A stretch of DNA of 64,000 nucleotides, from the NCBI GenBank assembly GCA_964016885.1, contig OZ024743.1, positions 325,500,001 to 325,564,000 on the forward strand, given 5' to 3'. The translations under genes were made by a program, and so were the position numbers. The notes below the pieces were generated by a model, which was given only the letters and a program-made list of their open reading frames with translations, searched no databases and was not told the origin of the DNA. Below are positions 11,940 through 24,228 of this stretch, one piece after another. Source of the stretch: Eledone cirrhosa (lineage: Eukaryota). Numbering within the stretch: position 1 is the stretch's first letter; each line of letters starts with the position of its first letter.

Positions 11940-14283
11940 TATCGTTTGCCAAAGTCAATTCCGACCTAACGGAGGGAGAAATTAATATTATTCTAGAGGC
12001 TAGAAAAACTATTATCAAGTTTGATAACTGCTACTGGGAACGTAAAGACAGACCCACAAACTTCGACATTACCATGGGCTCCAACGACTCAGCGGAGGTC
12101 ACCGATCTTGTGGGAATTTACATAGCCCACATACTACATGGTAAATTTAGTAATCTACAGGGGGGAATATATAGAGATGACGAGCTCTTATTAGTTAATA
12201 ACTTAAATAACCAAAATCTTGAAAGGCTACAGAAGAACAGGGTCTAAAAATAACGTATGAATACAATCTTAAAGTAGTAAATTTTATAGACGTAACTCTT
12301 AATTTAAATACCGGACTGATACGACCCTTCCACAAGATAAATGAGAACCTTACCTATATCAATTTTAACTCAAACCACTCATTTTCCATGATCAAATCGG
12401 TTCCCCGTAGTATTTATCTTAGAATCTCTCGCCTATCGTCTAACTCTGAGATTTTCAGTGAACATGCTGAATACTATAATAATGGATTAAGGAATGCCCA
12501 CCACCGGGATACAATAGAATACATTGATAAGAATCTCCATAACACACATAGCTCTACACAAAATCAAAGAATATGTAACCAGGGTACAGAAATACAAGCG
12601 CACACATGCAGTACCACCAGACATACTAATAATAGAAAATCATCACCAAATAAATCACGTTGTAGAAAGTATATCTGGTATAATCCCATTTTTAATGCTC
12701 CGATTAGTACAAAACTATCTCTTTCATTCTTTAAGTTAATCAACAAGCATTTCCCTAGTTCTCATAAAAACAGTAAAATTCTGAAATCTAAAACTATTAA
12801 GCTATCATACTCCACTGCACCAAACATTGAAGCATACATAAAAAAACTTAATTTAAAGCAATTAAACAACACTACAAAACAAAATATTTTAATAACAGAT
12901 GAGCATAATGTAGTATCGGCCTCCCAACCACTAAATGGGAGACGGGTATTACACAACCCACCTGTACTGCAATCCCAACCTATCCATGGTATACCCGCTA
13001 CCCACAATAAAAACAATAAAAACTGTAACTGCCACCTACCTGAAAGATGTCCATTGAAGAATAAATGCCTAAAGCCCAACATTGTTATCAATGCACTGTT
13101 GAATCGAACGACCAGAATGGTATTACATCGGGTCTACCACTACCTCCTTTAAATCTTGCTGGTATCGTCATCGATTTTCAATTAAACATCCTAATCACTG
13201 TTTTGTGACCACGCTCGCCAACAAGACCTGGCAACTCCGTGAACGCAACCAACAGTTCACCTTGAAATGGGATATACTTTCCAGCGCTAGTGCATATCGG
13301 AGTGGATTGAAGTACTGCAGGTTATGTAACCTTGAACTATTTTACATCTTAAAATCCAAAAATAAATTACTAAATGTCAGAATCGAACGATCATTATACT
13401 GCAACAACAAACTGAAGGCTAAATTCTCTCACTATAAAATAACTTAACATTCGAACCCGTTACTATAACATTGCTTTCTAGCTAACTACTTTCTCTCAAT
13501 AACAACTTCTTAACTATATCCACCACACTACAAGACAATACCCTGCTTATCACTATAAATGGATACTTAGTGAAATTTGTAGCCTACAACTATGAACTCA
13601 ATGTACACCCATCCCATAGCTTTCATCTGTCCCCTCTCTATCTCTCCCCCCCTCCCCCCTCTCTCTCTCTCCCTCGGTCCACCTCCCTCCCTCTTCACAT
13701 CTATGAACCTGCCCTCTGTGGCAATAAATAATTCCAACCTTAACTATCAACGCATCGCTTAAGGTTGTCGCTTTAAGAGTAACCAGTATAATAAAACCCC
13801 TACCACAACATTTTGATTACGATATCTGTATTCTACAAACCACTCTCTCCCATTTCTCCAACCCCTGCATATCTCTCTCTCTCTCTCCCTCTCCCCTTCT
13901 TTCTCTTTTCCCTTTCTACTCTATCTTCCCCAATAACCTCACTTAAGGGTATTTACATTTTACATTTTAACCATTCTGCTCTGATGATACAGTGGTCACA
14001 GCATTTGATAATTGAGTTTTGCAAATAGTTATAAATTTGCACATAGCATAACTAGGCTGAATAACCACCGTGGAAACATTTGTAAGCACACAGAATAAAT
14101 TACCTTTTTATGATGTCTACCTGTTATTATTCATTCTTTATCTACACTCCGGAATACAGAAGGATCAGGAACTGAGTTTCTTCAACTATTCTTCCATAGC
14201 TCGTTGAGTAACCCCTCACCGTACGGCAACTCTATCCAGTGTAGTAATTAACCATTACTGCATCCAGGATAATCCTATACCTA
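11940..14283 (+). mobile_element. Penelope-like element, 5'-truncated and degraded (RT, GIY-YIG, pLTR)
   Basis: FDITMGS..SAEVTDLVGIY and YRDD near 12060-12185; WYNP.F, IKLSYSTAPNI, CNC..CPL..KCL and C.LCNLE in the ORF track; hammerhead in the 3' region; (TA)n flanks. Confidence 0.9.
13977..14088 (+). ncRNA. Type I hammerhead ribozyme with long branched stem II
   Basis: tgct-CTGATGA-tacagtggt...accaccgtg-GAA-aca tt tgt-A-agca. All three stems pair; GUA cleavage triplet. Confidence 0.8.
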
Positions 14284-14307
14284 ATATATATATATATATA
14301 TATATAT

Positions 14308-17025
14308 CATCATCATCATCATCATCATCACCGTTTTACGTCCGTTCTTCCATGCTAGCATGGGTTAGACGGGTTGTCTTGTTGTGGGCAGTGTCTGGTC
14401 GGCTGACCATGCCTTGCTCATACAGGAACTGATTTTGGCTTGATTTCTACAGCTGGATGCCCTTCCTAACACCAACCTCATTTACTGTGAGTGCTGGGTG
14501 CTTTTTTGCCGTGGCACCTCCACGACCACCTTGCAGTGGGGGGGGGGGGCATATTGTCTATATGCTTCAGCTTGTACCCATGGGAGGTCGGGTACTCTGT
14601 ATTACTGCGTGACACCAGAGGTCACGGTCGTGTGTCATCACCTTTGAGAGGTGTAATTGGGTAAGGTCGGCTTTTATCACCTCATCCCAGGTCTTCTTGG
14701 GTCTCCCCACTCCGCGGTTTCCATTGACTTCTAGTGCTCTGCACCTTTTTATGCAGTTGTCATCCTTCATACGCATCACATGTCCATACCAACGCAACCG
14801 CCTCTCCTGCACACAGCATTTGATTCCTCTTATGCTCAGTCTCTCTCTCAATTCATTTATGCTTTGTCGTTCGCGTATATTACTATTACACATCCATCGG
14901 AGCATGCAGGCTTCGTTTCTTTCTAATCTACGTAAGTCTTCCACCTTCAGCACCCAGGTCTCACTACCATGTAACATTGCTGTTCGGATACACGCATCAT
15001 ACAGTCTGCCTTTCATTTTGAGGGAGAAGCCTTTTGCAGCTAGCAGTGGCAGTAGTTCCCTAAACTTCTTCCATCCTGTTCTTACCCTAGTTATTGTACT
15101 TTCTGAACACCCACCTCCGCTGCTAATTCGGTCACCTAGGTAGCAGAAGCTGTCTACTGTTTCTACAGAGCCCTCCCAGAGATTGGTGGTACTTGTTTCC
15201 TGTGGCTGTTTGCTGCTTGCTGTTCCAGCACAGCTGCTGCATGTGAAGCCTACATTCTTAATTAAGCTTCCTGAGATCCCGCTACATCTCTTGTGTACCC
15301 ATTGTTTGCATTTGGGGCAGAGAATGGAGTTCCTACCTACACCTTTCCTACATACTGAGCAAGGCCATTTCCCTGAGGGGATCTGGGTTCTGTTTTCTTG
15401 TCTACTTACAAGGACCTTAGTCTTTGTCATGTTGACTTTGAGACCCTTTCTTTCTAGTCTCTGCTTCCAAGTTTGGAATTTCTTCTCTAGTTCTACCATA
15501 GATTCAGCTATAAGTGCGAGGTCATCAGCATACAGGAGTTCCCATGGGCATCCGATCTTAAACTCCTCCGTTATTGCCTGCAGGACTATGATGAACAGGA
15601 GAGGGCTAAGAACAGAGTCCTGGTGGACACCAACCTGTACGCTAAATTCCTCGCTATACTCATTGCTAATCCTAACTTTGCTGACTGCTCCCCTATACAT
15701 GGCTTGTACAGCTTTCACAAGCCATTCATCTACTCCTAGTTTTCTAAGAGCCCACCAGATTACAGCACGTGGAACTCTGTCAAAGGCTTTCTCGAGATCA
15801 ACGAATGCCAGGTAGAGTGGCTTACTTTTAGCTAGGTACTTTTCCTGTAACTGCCTCACAAGGAAGAGGGCATCAGTGGTGCCTCTTCCTGGTACAAACC
15901 CAAATTGCATCTCATCTAGTTTCACCCGATCCCTAATCAACTGTGCTATAACTCTTTCTGTTACTTTCATGACCTGGTCCATCAGCTTTATACCTCTATA
16001 GTTTCCTCGATCTAGTGCATCACCTTTACCTTTGTAGCAGTTGACAATGATGCTACTGCACCAATCTTTTGGTATGACACCTTCTAGTATTACCTGGTTA
16101 ACAATACATGTGGTTATAGTGTGACCTACAGACCCAGATGCCTTCAGCATCTCGGCAGCTATACCCGATGAACCGGTTGCCTTCCCCATCTTCATATCTT
16201 TGATTGCCTTACTTACTACGCTGCTGCTGACTTGTACTGCTGGCCCCTCTATAGGGTCTACTTGGGGTAGGGTCTCTTCTTCCCATGCATTCTCCGCATT
16301 TAGTAATCTATCATAATGGCTCTTCCATGCATCTTTCTTCTCAGCACTAGTGAGAGCAAGCTCACCTTTATCATTCCGGATACACTTCTCTCCAATGACA
16401 TCACAATTCTCTCTGACACACTGCCTCGCAATCTTGAATACCTCCTGTTTCTGGTCCTCACGTTGCAAAACAAGCTTGAATTTTCTATCCTCTGCTTCCC
16501 TCCTAGCTAAGTATACTTGTCGCTTAACTTCCCTCTTGGTCTCTATGTAATGTACCCTGCTCCCCCCGTTCCTCCATTCTTTTCATGCCTGTCTCGTGGC
16601 CTTAATTGCCTCATCTACCTTATTGTTCCACCACCAAGTCACTCTCCTCCTGCTTGTGGTCTTACTCCAGCCACAGATCTCATCCGTCGCCTCTAGTAAG
16701 TTATTTTTTAGGAACTCCCAGTGCTCTTCTACATTGAATGTCTCTATCTGTTCTTTACTGTCATAGGTGTTGAGTAAAATATCTTTAAATCTGTTACTGG
16801 CTGAGGGGTCTTTCAGCTTCCAGATCTTTCTTCTCCAGGTTGGCCTCTGTTTCCAGTTTCGTCTAGTTCTGACCGTGAGGTTTCTGACAACTAAGCTATG
16901 TTGGGAGGTACATTCCTCACAAGGGTAGGCGTTTGTGTTTACGACCGTCCATCTGTCACATCCTCTGATGAGGATAAAATCTATCTGACTAGAATGCTCC
17001 CTTGATCTATAGGTGATCAGGTGGT
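14308..17025 (-). mobile_element. RTE-clade LINE, 5'-truncated, with 633-aa RT ORF (14567-16468)
   Basis: KGKGD..NYRGIKL, QFGF.PGRGTTDA, FVDLEKAFD, LLYADD, RRLRWYGHV; end of the APE domain (SQIDFIL) in ORF 16583-17077; (GAT)n 3' tail. Confidence 0.95.
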
Positions 17026-17046
17026 TATATATATATATATATATGT

Positions 17047-17215
17047 ATGTAAAAGGTAAACAGAAATAACAACACAATCGGTACAGTATATGGAAGGTAT
17101 ATATTAGGTTAACGCTTGATATAGCAGAAAGAGGGTCTTAACGTTTCGGACGCTAGTCCTTCATCAGAAGAAAGAATGAGAAATAAAATAGATTAAGGGG
17201 ATGGGCGGGATGGTA
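17047..17215 (-). mobile_element. Short non-coding pLTR-like element containing a minimal hammerhead (17136-17171)
   Basis: Minus strand tctt-CTGATGA-a-ggac tagc gtcc-GAA-ACGT-T-aaga; near-identical copy at 30455-30676; (TA)n flank. Confidence 0.8.
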
Positions 17216-17499
17216 TATATGAGATTAGGTGATTCAGTAAATTTGTGGTTTACTGAGGATGGTACCAATATTGGCACTCTATGCTATACCAGAGTGTATA
17301 TATTAAGAAGAACAAAACAAGGTTTCATATTAAGGTTTTAATAGATTAGGCTCAGTTACGAACATTTCACAAATGGGGGTGGGGGTGGATAAGGATCCAT
17401 ATTAGTATTATAGGCCTGACTCCAGCCTCAATATGCTCATTAGATTTGTTAATCAAGCAAAACCAGACTCTCATCACTGTTTATGCAACTGAACTGCAA

Positions 17500-17545
17500 T
17501 AGCCACCAAATGGGGAGGTCAGAGGTCACCAAGATGCAGCTGTCA
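17500..17545 (+). promoter_or_regulatory. Perfect nuclear-receptor DR1 element (17516-17528) beside a CTCF-like site and an E-box
   Basis: AGGTCA-G-AGGTCA, preceded by GCCACCAAATGGGG and followed by CAGCTG. Confidence 0.35.
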
Positions 17546-18165
17546 TGTTACATAGTTTCTATATAATAATGCCAAAGCTATTATTATCTGCAGTGACTGT
17601 GACCCTATTAAGTAATAAGCCATTCTCCACCTCCTCCCGTTGTCTCTTGACTTTAAACCCTCAAACTATCCACTTAGATGACATGATGCTATGCATTAGG
17701 AAGTCTAGTTCTCACAACACAACATAAAAACCCCAAAATAATAATGATCAAGGAAATAGTTTTCTCACCTGCATTTAATGGTATATGAAATAGATCCATG
17801 GTTCCAGAGAGCCATTATTAATTTGTTTCTCCTGCTCTATGCTGGAACTTGAAACGGGGGAAATATATATAGTTTTTTCACCTGTGTGGATGGGCTGATT
17901 AGCCTCATTTGCTTTGGTGCTGTGTAAGCTGGCTCAGCTTGAAAGTAGAATAAAAATTTTAGCTCCAACATAGCTGTACACATACAAGTATGTAAATTTC
18001 GTATATCTAATAATATATATATATATATATATAGCTTATCTCAATTTCAGTCACAAGTGCAATTTCCTCAACTACTAGAAAGGTCAACCTACTATAAAGG
18101 TTAACTAATTTGGTAATCAGCAAGATTATATAGTATATATCGTTATATTTAGGGTGATTATGAGT

Positions 18166-18231
<66 letters not shown>

Positions 18232-18975
18232 AATGCTGGTGTACAGTTTATCCAAACTCTAGCTCATTGAGGTTTCTCAGTTCCAATTCAGTTGTAGGAG
18301 TGGATGAGGCACTGACTCTGACTCTCTGATTGGGTCTGAGTGACAGCATAAATACCTGTAATATACTGCAGTCAAATCAATTGAATAAAACTTTCTTAAA
18401 GTAAATAATGATTTCAGATTTAGGCACAAGGCCAGCAATTATCCAGTACATTACTGGTACTTTATTTTATCGACCCCGTAAGGATGAAAGGCAAAGTTAA
18501 CCTAGGTGGGGTTTGAACTCAGAATGGCAAGGGCCGTAACTCTATGTGTCAAAGCATGGCGTCCGACCCTCTACTGATACTGAGGCACAAAATCAACAAT
18601 TTGCAGGGAGGGGAAAGTTGGTTAAATCAACCCCAGTAGTACTTTATTTTGTTGATCCCAGAATGATGAAAAGCAAAGCTAACTTTGGCTGGATTTGAAC
18701 TCAGAACATAAAGAGCCATTACTATATGCCACAAAGTATGTTGTTGGTTGCCCTACCAATACTGCCAATAATGGTTTGTGACTTAGGTACAAGGCCAACC
18801 ATTTTGGAGGAAAGGGAAAATCGATTAAATCCCCAGTGCATTATTTTACTGACCCCGTAAGGATGAAAGACAAAGCTAACCTTGGCGGGATTCGAACTCA
18901 GGATGTAAAGGGACATAACTCTATGCCGCTAAACATGTTGCCTGACACTCTACTAATTCTAGCAATCCACCAGTA

Positions 18976-19725
18976 GTAATAATAATAATAATGATTTATT
19001 TTATTGGCCACAAGGCCACAATACATTGGAGACAATACAAGGACAAAAGAAAACAACAAGGTTTGGTTTACATCAAGTGACGGAAAAGGGACATCACAGA
19101 AGAGGTATCAATAGTGACAACAATAGTGGAATTTGTAATAAATATGCATAACAATAGAAAACAATAATAATACCAAAGTCAACAAGGACCAGTTCCTTAA
19201 TAATGGGGAAAACTGCACTTTAGGGTAATTCCAGGGAGAACCCCTTACAAAACCCTGGGTTACTCTGTTGCATCAAGGGCATTGACAGTGCCCTCTCCTA
19301 GTTGCCTTCCTCCTGCTTAGAAAAGCATAGTCAGTGTAAGCCCATTCAGCCTCATCAATCTCACCGCTGTTGCCCATCTTTCATAAAATACACTGGAAGA
19401 AAGCACTTCCCTCTCTACCCTCACCTTCCCCCTCAAGTGTAATTTGAAGAAGTTGATGAGGGCTTGGCTGGAGAGGAAGATTCTTGTCCTCAATCCTTTT
19501 AGGCAAATCAACCATATAGTTTCCTTTGCCATAACTACCAGACACAGGAAGACTTGCCATGCTTCCTTTCTAAAAGAAGGTGGCAGTTTAATTTCACTAT
19601 AGATCCAGCTGATAGCCAGATCTGTCCTACATGTGATAACAGTTGTTTGACACAAGCCTACAACTCTGCAATGCACAGGAACTGGGCGATAGCATGTAGT
19701 TAAGTTTTGGTAAAGGGCTGTGAGC
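18976..19725 (-). mobile_element. Tx1/L1-clade LINE 3' fragment
   Basis: ORF 19317-19727 (VMAKETIW..LINFFKLHLRGKVRVEREVL..FYERW); AATAAA plus (ATT)n tail. Confidence 0.7.
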
Positions 19726-20894
19726 ACCTGGCAGCATTCTAGGTGCCAGTTGCTTAACCCAAGATTGTAGCTCAGTCAAGGAGATAAGCTGTGGTAAGAC
19801 GTGTCTCATGAAAGGTGCTTACACTGGTTGGGCTTTGCTTTTGTTATCATTGTCATTGTGGTTCTTGAGGTAATTTCACAGGTGTGTTAGCTACAGTGCA
19901 TATCTGTGCATCAATAGTGATGGCATTCCAAGGCCACCATGGACTGGATATTAGTAACAGATAGATTTCTGACTAGTGGGTCTTGCTCTCCTTACACATC
20001 ACATGCCCATACCAGCACAATCATCTCTCTTGTACGCGACATTAAATTCCTCTTATGCTGAATTTTTCTCTCAGATTACATATTCTGTCGTTCATGTACA
20101 CTAACATTACTTGGAACACATTATTTGCTCTAACTGTCCCAAGTCCATTTCAATTATTTATACATATGTTGTCCATTGTTCTATTGTTAAAACATATTCA
20201 GTGGTATTATTAAAACTTTCACCATCGGTTTGATTCATGCATTCTCTTCAGTGTAACTTAACCTTTGCCAGTGCACTCCTTTTACTGTACTTTGCTATCA
20301 GATAACTTTAATGATCCACTGATCAAATATTACACTGACATGTTGTTTGGAGTCTATATTAAATTTCACATTTTTACTTTATGTAATTTGGATACTAAGC
20401 ATCAGAAATACGTTCGAAAATAGATGGGAATATTTCTAATGAAATACACTGCTTATAATTTTCAAATATTCTGAAAATAATCTAGAATTTGGAAGGATTT
20501 AGTAATATGACAAACTTTCTCATTATTAAGCTGCTGTTTGGAATGTAATTTAATAAAGTTTTTTTGCATAAAATTATGATGGAAGGTTTTTAGATAAATA
20601 CAAACCTTTTAAAAGAAAGAGCTGAGTATGATACAACCAGGGATGTTTTTGGGTGGTGTGATTTTAAAAGGGTTAAATCAGGCATAATTTGGACAATTTT
20701 GGTTGTTTGGTTCAATCAAATTTCAATCAGAGATATAAGACTAAATACAAATGCAATGTCTGAAAAGGTACATATCTGACAACTCTCTTCATAGGTATTA
20801 TCACTCATCCCTTCATGGAGTCAAATTACTCACTTATTTCATGGGGAAAATAAACTGGTGCTAGTAAAATACTTGAAGTCCTACATGTTTGCTA

Positions 20895-21080
20895 ACCTTT
20901 GTAAATAAAGTAATCAAAGGGAGCTGTGATGTTTTATTTTTTGTTAGGAAGGGGCGAGGGCTGCCACTGATTGACAGATAACTTCTCAGCTTTTGAGCTG
21001 ATACACCTGCACATTGAATTCCTGACTTATTAAGCCCTGGATTAATCCACCTATACATTGAATTCCTCCCTAAGCCCATT
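20895..21080. promoter_or_regulatory. Candidate developmental enhancer (motif cluster)
   Basis: Within 180 bp of non-repeat DNA: GTAAATAA, ATCAAAG, TGATTGACAG, AGATAA, CACCTG, GGATTAATCC and duplicated ACATTGAATTCCT..TAAGCCC. Confidence 0.4.
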
Positions 21081-21642
21081 TACTAACCTCTGTGCATGGG
21101 ATGTATTACTCTCATTGCCTATGACTATTCTGAGCTTGATACTCCTGTCATTTACTCTAACATACACACATAAATATATAGACAGTGCATAAATATCAGA
21201 ACTGGTTGAGTGACAAGCAAAACACCTTGTAGTATTTGGTTCTCAGTTCAAACCCAGCTCATATCCTCTTTGCTTTTCATCTTTCAAAGATAAGGCAGAA
21301 TAAAAATGTATCCATAAAAAAAATCACACACACACATTAAAAAGATAGTAGTAATAAGTACAGAGGTTAATAGAATCGACTATACATATCTCAGAAGGTG
21401 GTGGTGAAGGTGTATGACTTGGTGTTAAGGATGTTGAACCCACAATTATAACAGCATGGGTTTGATTCAATGACTGCGAAGCACATTGTGTTCTTGAGTA
21501 AGATGCTTTATTTCATATTGCTTTTCAAGACAGGACTGGAAACTATCATTAAAACACCCATGAGCTGTAACCTCATAGGAGGCCAGTTAAATCTGCATTG
21601 ATGTGAGCTGTAAATTTCATTTCATTTCTTTTCTTAATTCAG

Positions 21643-22373
21643 AAAGTGTTGCCCTAGTATGGCCGCAACCCAACCCAAAGTCTGCAACCTGTGAAAAAAT
21701 AAAAGAATATGTTTGTATATTTCAGATCAATATGAAAATCAAGCAAGTTGAGATGACTAAAGATATTCTGCCGAAACCTGAATCCAAATTGACATCGTTT
21801 TCATCTTCATATGTGCTGGGAACAACATTTTCAAAAACAGCAACAACATCAAAGAAAAAGTCAATGGAAAGAATTTCATCAGAGAAAGGTGAAGCAATGC
21901 AAGCAATAGGAAGACCAGTAACAATAGCAGCAAAAACATCAAAAACAAGAGTGCAAATTGTAACAAAGGCAGCAGAAATGGCAGTAACAGCTGCAGATAG
22001 ACCAGCTGTAACAGCCATAGACAGACTAGATGTAACATCAGCAGAAATGGCAGTAACAGCTGTAGATAGAGCAGGAGAGACAGCAGCAGAAGCAACAGCA
22101 GACATGGCAGTAACAGATGTAGATAGAGCAGGAGTGACAGCCATACATAGACTTGCAAAAACAATACCAGAAATTATAGTAATAGATGTTGATAGACCAA
22201 AAGTAACAACTGTTGATAGACCAAAAGTAACAGCTGTTGATAGACCAGACATAACAGCTGTTGACAGACCAGATATGACAGCTACAGATAGACCAGACAT
22301 GACAGCTATAGACAGACCAGAAGTAACAGCTATAGATAGGCCAGATGTAGTAACAATTGTTGATAGACCATGA
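21643..22373 (+). CDS. Probable terminal exon of an unidentified gene, with (x-V/I/M-T-A-V/I-D-R-P)n octapeptide repeats
   Basis: Strong acceptor ttcatttcttttcttaattcag ending at 21642. Open frame of about 243 codons in non-TE sequence, 24-bp repeat units, AATAAA at 22614-22619. No upstream exons found in the window. Confidence 0.55.
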
Positions 22374-22700
22374 GTAAGAGCAGCAGGAATGAGTGCAGAA
22401 ACAGAAGTAGAAACGGTATGGAAGTGGGAACAGCAGTAGACTTGTAATATTCAACTGTGGGAAAAGGTTTACTGAAGAGAAGTGTCAAACTTAGAATGAA
22501 AAGAAGTATAATAAAACTAAATACACACACACACACACGCACACACCACATACACACACATACATCATACACATGCCACACACACATACACTCATACATA
22601 TAATACACCATATAATAAAATGAAATAATTATATTCATAACAATTATTACTGAAAAACAAACCTCGCTTTAAGATCCATTATATATATAAAACTTTTATG

Positions 22701-22855
22701 TATTGTAATCTGATCTGTGACTTTAAGGATGATTTTTCATTCTTCATTATAGTCAAGATATCATTATGATAATATCCCTGCTATAATGAAGATAAGTTTT
22801 AATTCTATCTGAACACTAAACAATTATCATTTGAGTCACAGATCAGATTATAATA
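22701..22855. repeat. Palindromic MITE-like hairpin
   Basis: TATTGTAATCTGATCTGTGACT / AGTCACAGATCAGATTATAATA, plus an inner TCTTCATTATAG / CTATAATGAAGA pair. Confidence 0.7.
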
Positions 22856-23408
22856 TCATCATCATTGTCACCAAATGTTCACTTTTCCATGCTAGTTTGG
22901 GTTAGATGAGTTGTTCTGTTGTGAGGTATACCAGGTCAGATGACCATGTCTTTCTCATACAGAACTGATTTTGGCTTGGTTTCTACAGCTGGATGCCCTT
23001 CTTAACACCAACAACATTTACAATGTGTACTGGGTGCTTTTTGCATGACACCTACACAACCACTTTACAGTGTGGGCTGGGCACTTTTTGTCATGTTAGC
23101 AACACGACCACTTCACAGTGTAGACTGGACACTTTTTGTGTGTCACCTACACAACCACTTTACAATGTGGACTGGGTACTTTTTCTTTTGTCACCTACAT
23201 ATTTTTTATATATATATTTATTTCATAATTGTTTCTACTTTTGGCACAAGGCCAGCAATTACCCAGTACATTACTGGTACTTTATTTTATCGTCCCTGTA
23301 AGGATGAAAGGCAAAGTTAACCTTAGCGGGATTTGAACTCAGAATATAAAGGGACGTAACTATACTAGAAAGCATGGCATCCGACCCTCTACCGATACTG
23401 CCAATCCA

Positions 23409-24228
23409 ATCTTAGAGTGAGGTGTGTTTTTGCAAAAACTATTGTTGGGAATAAAGTTATTAGATTTCATTTGTGTATTATTCATTATTATATTATTACT
23501 ATTGTGTTCTGTAATCACACACTCACATAGTATATTGAATTTACTTGCATGAGGACTGATTTTTAACCAAACCTTTAGAAAATACTTTTATTTGTTGAAA
23601 GAATTTATACATTGAGGTCTAAATGTTATCGTCAAAACTCTTTATTAACCTTGAGTAATTACTTCTGAAAAAATATGCATATATATTTGAGGGATTCAGG
23701 ACCCCAACTGCTGAGCTCCTGTCATTTTAACAGCTAAATCTAACTGTTGAAATAGCAAGAGCTCAGCCGTCAGGGTCCCAAATCCTTCATATTACCCACT
23801 CTACTACCCCAAGTATCAAGTACTCTGGTGAGTATTGGTCTGACTAGTTTTTATATATAAACCAGAATGGATGCAGTAAAAACCAGTCAGACCAATATGC
23901 ATATTTTTTCAGAAGTAATTACTCAAGGTTAATAAAGAGTTTTGACGATAACATTTAGACCTCAATGTATAAATTCTTTCAACAAATAAAAGTATTTTCT
24001 AAAGGTTTGGTTAAAAATCAGTCCTCATGCAAGTAAATTCAATATACTATGTGAGTGTGTGATTACAGAACACAATAGTAATAATATAATAATGAATAAT
24101 ACACAAATGAAATCTAATAACTTTATTCCCAACAATAGTTTTTGCAAAAACACACCTCACTCTAAGATCTAGCTGTTGAAATGACAGGAGCTCAGCAGTT
24201 GGGGTCCTGAATCCCTCAAATATATATA
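23409..24228. repeat. 274-bp inverted duplication (23409-23682 / 23895-24168) plus a second inverted segment
   Basis: Arms are reverse complements with no mismatch seen by eye; 23679-23741 is inverted again at 24165-24228. Confidence 0.92.

Noticed and set aside
21722-22454. Minus-strand ORFs over the octapeptide exon
   Set aside because: Antisense shadows; the acceptor and polyA signal support the plus strand.
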